Source: Peptococcaceae bacterium UBA7185 (GTDB taxonomy: Bacteria; Bacillota; Peptococcia; Peptococcales; Peptococcaceae). Taken from it: a DNA stretch of 64,000 nucleotides. The translations under genes and the position numbers were made by a program. Positions 11,801-18,233 of this stretch are shown in pieces. Numbering within the stretch: the first letter of the stretch is position 1; each line of letters begins with the position of its first letter. The notes beneath the pieces are model-generated. The model did no database searches, was not told the origin of the DNA, and saw nothing but the letters and a program-made list of their open reading frames with translations. The DNA lies in NCBI GenBank assembly GCA_002491065.1, contig DKVF01000031.1, positions 19,946 through 83,945 on the forward strand, given 5' to 3'.

Positions 11801-13741
11801 CTGTTTCCCGACGAGATTCCCATCAATCTGGCCAATGACAGCGATATGGCACGGCTCAAGGGATTGTTCCCCGACAAGGAGGTTTACATTGTGGTGGGCA
11901 GCGACGTCATTTTAAATGCGTCCTCCTATCGCAAGCCGGCTAAGCCCGGCTCTATCCATCATTTCAACCATATTGTGTTCCGGCGGGTGCAGGGCAAGGA
12001 GGAAGAGGAAGCCATCGCGGCGGAAGTGGAAAAGCAGATGGAGGAAACGGTGCGCAATACGATCAAGGGAGAGCTTATTTATCTGACACTGCCTACCTAT
12101 CTGGAGGATATCAGCTCCACGCGGATTCGGGAAAATATTGACTGCAACCGGGATATTTCCAATCTCATCAGTCCTCTGGCGCAAAACTATATCTATCATT
12201 ATGGGCTCTATCTGCGGGAACCGCAGTATAAACCTATTTTGCAGGCTAAGAATATCAAGTTTGATTTTGTGACCGAGGAGAGCTCTTCTGAGGTGTATCA
12301 GCTCCTGGTCAGCTTTGCGCAGATGGATGAGCTGATGGATATGCTCAGTGAGCACTGGCAAAAGCCCGGTGCTACACTGGCTGTGCTGCGGGATGGCAGC
12401 CAGAATGATGGCATCGTGGCCTTTGCCCTTACCTACACCATGGAAACGACGGATATGTACGGGATGTTCCATGACGCGGAGCTGGTGGAATGGCTGCGCA
12501 GCCGTATTTTTGGCAAGACCATGGTTTTGAGCGGTTTGTATGAGCTGCACGGTCATGCTGTAAAAAATGCCTCACAGCTGCTTCTGACGGAAGTGTTGGC
12601 CTATTATCTGGAGCAGGATTATGGCTATGCGCTCTATTGGGGCGAGAAGGCTGAGGGGCTGGAAGAATTGCTGCAGCGTCAGGGCTTCTTACCGGTGCCG
12701 CTGAACCAACAGGAGCAGGGACTTTATCTGGTAGATATGCGTCGGCCGCTGACGTTGATGAAAAATATCGAAACCACCATCAAGGAGCCCTTCAATCGCA
12801 ATGCGCGTTTGCTGGCTGTGGTGGAGCAAAGTCATCGCCGTTTGCAGGAGGCTATGACGGAGCTTTACCCGGGCAGTCTGGTGTTATCTATAGACGCGGG
12901 GATTATGCATCACAAAATGCTGCAGAAGATCACGCGGGCCAACCATGTGCCCAATGAACCTTTGCCGGTGCGCAAACTGGGCAAAAATATGTGTGTGCCC
13001 TTTGGCAAAATCTTGCGCGGTATGGTGGTGCCCAACACAGTGACCAAAACGCTGCACAGTGAGAAGGTGTATGACGGAGATATCAAAAAGTTCACCATTC
13101 AGAACTTCCCTTTTTATTCTACCTTGGAAAATCAGGTGCGCACCATCAAATCCTTTGACCGTCCTGTCATTTTGGTAGACGATTTGCTGCATAAGGGACA
13201 CCGCATTCGCGGTCTGGAGCCCATTCTGCGGCAGGAACAGGTGCAGATTGACCGGATGGTGGTGGGAATTTTGTCGGCTCGGGGCAAGGATTTGATGGCA
13301 GAGCGGGCGTGCCCTGTGGAGAGCGCGTATTTTCTGCCGCGGCTCAAGGGCTGGTATGTGGAATCCACGCTGTATCCTTTTATCGGCGGCGACATGGTAG
13401 CGCGCAATGAGGAGAGCGACGCCAATCTGATTTCCTCGATCAACTTTATCCTGCCCTATGTGATGCCCAGCTATATGAAGGATGTGCCCCGGGAAGCGCT
13501 GTATTATTTTTCTTTAACTTGTCTGGAAAATGTGCATGAAATTTTGCAGGTGCTGGAGGAGGAATACCAGCAGCATTTCGGCCGCCGCCTGACGTTGGGC
13601 CGGTTAGGGGAGGCCATTATCTCCCCGCGCTGTCCTGACAGGGGGAATTGCGGCAGCTACGACAAAAATATTGCTGCTTCTGTGTATGTGCAGGATGATA
13701 TTCAGCGGTTGGTGCGTCTGGAAAGTATTATGGCACGCTAG
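8870..13741 (+). CDS. Very large multidomain protein: HD phosphohydrolase + helical repeats + NadD-like nucleotidyltransferase + GNAT-like segment + PRTase-like domain
   Basis: Uninterrupted 1,623-aa ORF with SD GAGGGTGG before ATG 8870. HD signature: HIAGVHYVAMH...GHDIGKFG...HSTWD...YADF. Nucleotidyltransferase: FFPGTFDPFSSSHKG...ISSTRIRE. PRPP-loop-like: RPVILVDDLLHKGHRI. Confidence 0.85.
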   Translation: MGNIVNALQGIFEQNVISEFFLQQPDLLLRQAQEQQEKLKSGLALLLAQQQWTCDDILELCRDICPQWYEETPEKGWLEFTYWYIISWSYPESVFLEFPERFQPGMHFFMRVLRCALDYGAMHKTFDPFTDFSFLPLDTLPDHVIKEEYERFLYYFRKYYIYELMYIGKEIFFFNTLSHIAGVHYVAMHVARQLKEAGVPINLALVSGAAVGHDIGKFGCKPSEMKRMAHLHYYYTGQWFEEKNMPTIAHIAVNHSTWDLELENLPLESLVLIYADFRVRRDDAADAPKEKMGIFTLKDSFHIILSKLENVDVAKERRYRYVYAKLKDFEDYMESLGVNTDFTRSTLTPTVPKHIALVDAQEAITNFKFLAIRHNIWMMEFLNTETSFGTLLEAARSEKDWKNTRAYIHIFEEYYTYMTQRQKIMTLNFLYELLMHREGDIRRQAATLMGHIILRYDEIYRKELPEDITLPVGQTTSLSLWHKYLSMIVIPDHKITERHKRWLGYTLKNMVTTVLENCPEQERYDYLDVLLYYYHEAHWDDEVGFVLMDTLIAVPLELCEPFQIQELLDFTANILKRGNIELQAAALRFLEYGASFKGMLDGFHRQILAMLESLEIGKVPLGFHYNLRNIYQALGADSLSAAFHMSEEEEQKAVSELFLENLKVATPWMLKLTNIDFLLKVAKHRAISLLQVATHLSNILKVGERISVRHRAGQGLVDIAPLLTLEERNELVIELTKGLEIGEYEFSKYIPEYLGQIALYLHPKELDEIVQDLQKLLRNANNRVVSVALNTLGVILEYYPAYQQRFGETDELIETRRSTILGMLLSGLSSYDEEVSSEAFIVLGHQLFGSKLLSLEEKNKIFFLIYKRMLILIHDKEMSGLAFFNRAGSLNHIYRFISDYLMEYEKFDVPELERVAFFPGTFDPFSSSHKGIVQEIRNLGFQVYLALDEFSWSKKTQPRMTRRQIITMSVADEENVYLFPDEIPINLANDSDMARLKGLFPDKEVYIVVGSDVILNASSYRKPAKPGSIHHFNHIVFRRVQGKEEEEAIAAEVEKQMEETVRNTIKGELIYLTLPTYLEDISSTRIRENIDCNRDISNLISPLAQNYIYHYGLYLREPQYKPILQAKNIKFDFVTEESSSEVYQLLVSFAQMDELMDMLSEHWQKPGATLAVLRDGSQNDGIVAFALTYTMETTDMYGMFHDAELVEWLRSRIFGKTMVLSGLYELHGHAVKNASQLLLTEVLAYYLEQDYGYALYWGEKAEGLEELLQRQGFLPVPLNQQEQGLYLVDMRRPLTLMKNIETTIKEPFNRNARLLAVVEQSHRRLQEAMTELYPGSLVLSIDAGIMHHKMLQKITRANHVPNEPLPVRKLGKNMCVPFGKILRGMVVPNTVTKTLHSEKVYDGDIKKFTIQNFPFYSTLENQVRTIKSFDRPVILVDDLLHKGHRIRGLEPILRQEQVQIDRMVVGILSARGKDLMAERACPVESAYFLPRLKGWYVESTLYPFIGGDMVARNEESDANLISSINFILPYVMPSYMKDVPREALYYFSLTCLENVHEILQVLEEEYQQHFGRRLTLGRLGEAIISPRCPDRGNCGSYDKNIAASVYVQDDIQRLVRLESIMAR

Positions 13742-13793
13742 GGGACAGGGCGCAGTTTCGGCGGCGAATCAGAAAAAGGGGAAATTGCGCCGT

Positions 13794-13821
13794 ACAGCGC
13801 CGGGGATGCACTCGGCGCTGT
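13794..13821 (+). terminator. GC-rich hairpin downstream of the megaprotein gene (weak terminator candidate)
   Basis: ACAGCGCCG-gggatgcact-CGGCGCTGT forms a 9-bp stem. The trailing sequence CACTTTATG is U-poor. Confidence 0.35.
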
Positions 13822-13841
13822 CACTTTATGAGGAAAAAGCA

Positions 13842-13870
13842 CTGCTGTGTTTACCAGTTTGTGGTATAAT
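13842..13870 (+). promoter_or_regulatory. Candidate extended -10 promoter for the LDH-like/flavoprotein/folA operon
   Basis: TGgTATAAT (13862-13870) with a poor -35 (CTGCTG), about 75 nt upstream of ATG 13944. Confidence 0.35.
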
Positions 13871-13943
13871 AGAGAGTATGAAATGAACGTGCGTATATCG
13901 CAATGAATGGAAAGGCGAACGGAATGGGAGAAAGGGAGGCGGA

Positions 13944-15200
13944 ATGATGTTTTACTATCAGGTGCAGGATGAGGTTTTAGTTTCCCGCGAAGCGTTGGCG
14001 GGTATCAGGGAAATCACAGAGGAGGAGGCCAGCAAGGCGCAGCGGTTGATTTTTCTCAGCAGGCGGGCAGGCGCAGGCAAGGCGGCCTGGCTGGTGAGCC
14101 ACAAAGCCTATTTGGCTGAGGCGGAAGAAGGGCTGTGGTGTCTGGATGGTAATCAGCAGGATGTGTTGGCGCAAAAGGTCCAGGATGTGCCTCAGTGGTT
14201 GGAAGAAAAAATTGCCGCTGGTGGTGTGATGGGCGTCTGCGCTGATTTGGCCCAGGCACAGGAGCTGCTGGCGCGAAAGGAGAATGCAGACAAAAAGGTT
14301 GTACATATTTTGGCTATGGGCGATGTGGGCAGCACGGTACTGATGGCACTGGCTCTTTTGGGCGGGGATTGTGTGCGAGAATTGGGCATCTATGATTTCA
14401 ACGAAAGACTATGTCAGCGCTGGGAGCATGAAATCAATCAGATTGCCTATCCGTGGGCCTATGACTGCTTGCCTGCGGTGCGGGTGCTGACAGAGGACGA
14501 ATTGTTTCAGTGTGATGTCTTTGTCTTTTGCGCCTCCAAATCCATTCCGGCGATTGGGGCCGATGTGCAGGATGTGCGCATGGCTCAATATGAGGCCAAC
14601 AGTGCCATCATCAGCCGTTACGGCGTGCTGGCCAGAGAAGCGGGATTTCAGGGCCTGTTCGCGGTAGTGTCCGATCCGGTGGACCAGCTGTGCTGCAGCG
14701 TGTGGCGCGCCAGCAATCGGGATGCACTGGGAAATTGGGATGGCAAGGGACTGAGGCCGGAGCAAGTCCAGGGCTATGGGCTGGGTGTGATGAACAGCAG
14801 GGCCGCCTATTACGCCAAGCAGGATGCACGGTTTCAGTCATTTCTCACTGAGGGCAGAGCATACGGTCCCCACGGGCAGCAGCTGGTCATTGCCAACAGT
14901 GTAACCCACTATGACCACGCATTGTCCATGGAATTGACCAGGCTGACGGTAGAGGCCAATTTGGAGATACGGGCGCTGGGCTACAAGCCCTATATTGCGC
15001 CAGCGGTGTCCTCGGCGGCCATTTCCCTTTTGTTGACTTTGCGGGGAGAATGGCATTACAGCTCAAACTTTTTGCACGGAATCTATATGGGTGCCAAGAA
15101 TCGCAGTACCAGAAACGGTTTGGAGCTGGAGGCGCTGCCTTTGCCGCCGCAGCTTTTAGCCCGCCTGGAGGCAGTGGCAGCGGAGCTGGAAAAATACTAA
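13944..15200 (+). CDS. LDH/MDH-superfamily 2-hydroxyacid dehydrogenase-like protein with ~115-aa N-terminal extension
   Basis: KVVHILAMGDVGSTVLMALALLG...ELGIYDF (Rossmann), VVSDPVDQL (LDH NPVD-like) and YGPHGQQ (catalytic His position). SD AGGGAGG precedes ATG 13944. Confidence 0.7.
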   Translation: MMFYYQVQDEVLVSREALAGIREITEEEASKAQRLIFLSRRAGAGKAAWLVSHKAYLAEAEEGLWCLDGNQQDVLAQKVQDVPQWLEEKIAAGGVMGVCADLAQAQELLARKENADKKVVHILAMGDVGSTVLMALALLGGDCVRELGIYDFNERLCQRWEHEINQIAYPWAYDCLPAVRVLTEDELFQCDVFVFCASKSIPAIGADVQDVRMAQYEANSAIISRYGVLAREAGFQGLFAVVSDPVDQLCCSVWRASNRDALGNWDGKGLRPEQVQGYGLGVMNSRAAYYAKQDARFQSFLTEGRAYGPHGQQLVIANSVTHYDHALSMELTRLTVEANLEIRALGYKPYIAPAVSSAAISLLLTLRGEWHYSSNFLHGIYMGAKNRSTRNGLELEALPLPPQLLARLEAVAAELEKY

Positions 15201-15238
15201 AGCAGCAGGCATAAAAAGGAACGGGAGATGAGTGACCA

Positions 15239-16321
15239 ATGGACGGAGCGGAAAAGGAATTATTGGTGATCATGCCGAAGGATGCACAGCAGACAGAAAA
15301 TGCAAGGCTGGATGCCGTGCTGGCCCAGGCCATTGCCGGATATGATACGGAATTTTGGTACGAGGAACGAGAGTTTGTACCCTTAAAAAATCGACGAATC
15401 CTTTTTGTACTCAATCTAGGCGCCGACGGTGTCAATCTGGAATATCAGCGATTACTGCGCTGGTTGCGGCGTAGCCCCGGGTGCCTGGAGGGTTGTGTGG
15501 GCTCCGTCTTACTTGACGCAGACAGCGAGCTCTACACCAAAGCAGAGGGGCGGGAGCTTGTGTTTGCTGCCAACGGGCAGGGTTGCATATTTCCCGGGAA
15601 ACCGCTGGTGGAGGGTACTGCTTCTCTGGACAATTTTCTGGTGCAGTCCCGCAATCTGGGGGTAGATTGCATGGGCGCATACCGGCAGGCTGCCCGCATG
15701 CTAGTGGAGCAGCTGCTGGCCTTCCAGTTGCCGCTGCGGCGAAAACCGCAGATTTTGGCTGTGCATGCCAGCAATCGGGCCACCTCCAACACGTTGACTT
15801 TGTGGCGGAAGGTGCGGCAGCATTTGGAGGATAGCTGTACCATTCAGGAGATTCCTCTGCAAAATGGAACGGTAGTGGATTGCAATGGCTGTCCTTATCA
15901 GACCTGTCGGCACTTTGGCGAAACCTGTAGCTGTTTCTATGGCGGTGTGATCGTGGAGGAAGTGTATCCTGCTATTTTGGATTGTGATGCGCTGATTATG
16001 CTGTGCCCCAATTATAATGATGCGGTGAGCGCCAATCTTTCCGCCTTTATCAATCGGCTGACAGCGCTGTTCAGTCAGGTGCGCTTTTATGACAAGGCGG
16101 TGTTTTGTCTGGTGGTATCGGGCTACAGCGGAGGCGATATCGTGGCCAAGCAGGTGCTGGGCGCTCTGAATATGAACAAGACCTTTTACTTGCCGGCCAA
16201 TTTCGCCTTTTTGGCCACGGCCAACGATCCCTTCAGCATCAATAAAATTGACAGGATTGATGAGCAGGCGGCAGACTTTGCGGAAACTATCCGCAAGCAT
16301 TTACAGGAAAGGCGGGTATAG
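15239..16321 (+). CDS. Flavodoxin-fold NAD(P)H-dependent FMN reductase / iron-sulfur flavoprotein-like protein
   Basis: C-terminal half: ILAVHASNRATSNT...DALIMLCPNYNDAVSANLSAFINRL (FMN-reductase-like), plus Cys cluster CNGCPYQTCRHFGETCSC. The N-terminal ~170 aa looks like a second degenerate flavodoxin-like half. The start is uncertain (weak SD; alternative ATG at 15272). Confidence 0.6.
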   Translation: MDGAEKELLVIMPKDAQQTENARLDAVLAQAIAGYDTEFWYEEREFVPLKNRRILFVLNLGADGVNLEYQRLLRWLRRSPGCLEGCVGSVLLDADSELYTKAEGRELVFAANGQGCIFPGKPLVEGTASLDNFLVQSRNLGVDCMGAYRQAARMLVEQLLAFQLPLRRKPQILAVHASNRATSNTLTLWRKVRQHLEDSCTIQEIPLQNGTVVDCNGCPYQTCRHFGETCSCFYGGVIVEEVYPAILDCDALIMLCPNYNDAVSANLSAFINRLTALFSQVRFYDKAVFCLVVSGYSGGDIVAKQVLGALNMNKTFYLPANFAFLATANDPFSINKIDRIDEQAADFAETIRKHLQERRV

Positions 16322-16323
16322 AC

Positions 16324-16803
16324 ATGATGCATCTCATCGCAGCAGTAGCGGAAAACGGGATCATCGGCAAAGACGGCGGGATTCCCTGGCATATTCCTGC
16401 CGATTTGGCCCATTTTAAGGCGCTTACATGGGGACAGACTGTGATTATGGGGCGGCGCACCTATGAGAGCATTGGCCGCCCGTTGCCTGGACGGCGGAAT
16501 ATCGTGGTGTCCACCACATTGCAATCTTTAGAGGGATGCAGCGTAGCGGGCTCCTTGCAGGAGGCGCTGCATCTGGCCAGCGAAACAGGCGGGGAGATTT
16601 TTATCATCGGCGGCGCACGCCTTTATGAAGAAGCGCTGCCCTTGGCACAGCAGCTGGATTTGACCCTGGTGGCAGGCAGACCGGAAGGAGATACCCGCTT
16701 TCCCGCCGTGGACTGGGCCAACTTTCGGGAAGTGGCGCGCGTCGCCTGCGACAGCGTGCCAGGCTGCCAGTTCGTCACCTATGTGAGAGGGGAAGCTCTT
16801 TGA
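16324..16803 (+). CDS. folA: Dihydrofolate reductase
   Basis: MMHLIAAVAENGIIGKDGGIPWHIPADLAHFKALTWGQTVIMGRRTYESIGRPLPGRRNIVVS is canonical DHFR. It begins 2 nt after the upstream stop. Confidence 0.93.
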   Translation: MMHLIAAVAENGIIGKDGGIPWHIPADLAHFKALTWGQTVIMGRRTYESIGRPLPGRRNIVVSTTLQSLEGCSVAGSLQEALHLASETGGEIFIIGGARLYEEALPLAQQLDLTLVAGRPEGDTRFPAVDWANFREVARVACDSVPGCQFVTYVRGEAL

Positions 16804-16931
16804 GTATGTTTTTAGTTGATTATGGAGGAAGCCTTTCCCAATTTGGAGGTATCGTTTATAGAAGTGGTTTATCAAGCCCCTATTGTTTGTTGCCGTATTT
16901 CATAATTTTATGAAAACGATGTGTCTTTTCT

Positions 16932-18008
16932 TTATGCGCCATAGGTGCTGTACAGAGCTACATGGTCATAAATGCAGCGCCAGCTGCTGAAGGCATTTAC
17001 AGTGACAGCGATATAGGGCGCGCCGCTGGCAGACAAAAAGTAACTGACGGCACAGTTGCCCGACTGATTGACGAAGCCTGTTTTGGCGGCAATGACGCTT
17101 CCGTTGGTTTCTTTGTCTTCAATGCGGCGCAAGAACCAGTTGGAGATGTTTAAGCCATCTGGATGCTGTGAGGTGCGCGCAGTAGTGTAGTTTTTTGTGG
17201 ATAACACCTCGCGGCATAAATCATTCTCCAAAGCAGCTTTCATAATGACGGCCATGTCAGCGGCGGTACAGTAGTGCAACTCGTCGTAGAGGCCAACGCA
17301 GTTGGTGAAATGGGCGGTTTGAGAGAGACCCAGCTCGTCCAGTTTTTCGTTCATCAAGTCGATAAATGCTTCGTGAGAGCCTGCTGTGTAGGTGGCTAAG
17401 GCTACGGCGGCATCTGCGCCTGAGGGCAAAATGGTGCCGTAAAATAAGTCCTTAACGGGAACTGTTTCCCCGTCTGAGAAGCCTACAGCGCTGCATTTGT
17501 GCTGATAGCAATAATCGGTAATCTCGCGGGAGATGGTAAAGGTATCATTGAGATCCTGGAGATGTTCGGCAGCCACCAGGATAGTCAGCACTTTGGTCAT
17601 GGAAGCGGGAGAAATGATGGTTTGTGCGTCTTTTTGCGCCACAATGGAATTGTCTTTTAGGTTGATTAAAAGGATTTGGGCGCTGGCAATGGACTCGTCA
17701 TTTAGGGTGACAGTTTGCTCTGTGGCGGAAAACTCATAGCCGCGCTGCACTTCTGTGGCGCCAATATAGGCTGGTCCATTCTCTGCGGGAAGCGGCTGGG
17801 CAGCTTCTATTGGATTGGCTGTGAGAAAATGGGCAGTGCCTATTTTGGCACTGATAATGAGTACCAGGCAGAGGAGGAGGACGCTGCCCAATAGTATACG
17901 TCGCTTGATGATGGTGCGCTGTCGTTGCCGCAAGCGGTTTTCCCGCTGTTCTTTATAATACTGAAGGGATTGCCTTTGTGTAGTTTTGTGAGGGTCTATT
18001 GAATTCAT
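16932..18008 (-). CDS. Serine-type D-Ala-D-Ala carboxypeptidase (S11/PBP5-like), N-terminally membrane anchored
   Basis: SxxK motif SPASMTKVLT, an N-terminal TM (ILLGSVLLLCLVLIISA) and SD AGGAG before ATG 18008. Confidence 0.8.
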   Translation of the reverse strand: MNSIDPHKTTQRQSLQYYKEQRENRLRQRQRTIIKRRILLGSVLLLCLVLIISAKIGTAHFLTANPIEAAQPLPAENGPAYIGATEVQRGYEFSATEQTVTLNDESIASAQILLINLKDNSIVAQKDAQTIISPASMTKVLTILVAAEHLQDLNDTFTISREITDYCYQHKCSAVGFSDGETVPVKDLFYGTILPSGADAAVALATYTAGSHEAFIDLMNEKLDELGLSQTAHFTNCVGLYDELHYCTAADMAVIMKAALENDLCREVLSTKNYTTARTSQHPDGLNISNWFLRRIEDKETNGSVIAAKTGFVNQSGNCAVSYFLSASGAPYIAVTVNAFSSWRCIYDHVALYSTYGA

Positions 18009-18143
18009 GTTTCTATTCTCCTACATGTTTATAGTTTCTGTTTGTAAAATATCTTATCTAACATTTTATAACAGAATGAGAAAAAAGAAAAGAGGATATT
18101 TTTTACAAGGCTGTGAAGGAATGAAGCTATAGGTTTTATGTAT

Positions 18144-18183
18144 TTAAAAAACACCATTCCCTCAAAAAGAGAGAATGGTGTTT
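18144..18183 (-). terminator. Rho-independent terminator of the DsrMK-like operon
   Basis: On the minus strand: AACACCATTC, 13-nt loop, GAATGGTGTT followed by TTTTTT. It lies about 50 nt after the stop at 18234. Confidence 0.7.
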
Positions 18184-18233
18184 TGGCTGCCTTTCCTTCC
18201 TATATGAGATTAGAATATGGAAGATAGACTGTT

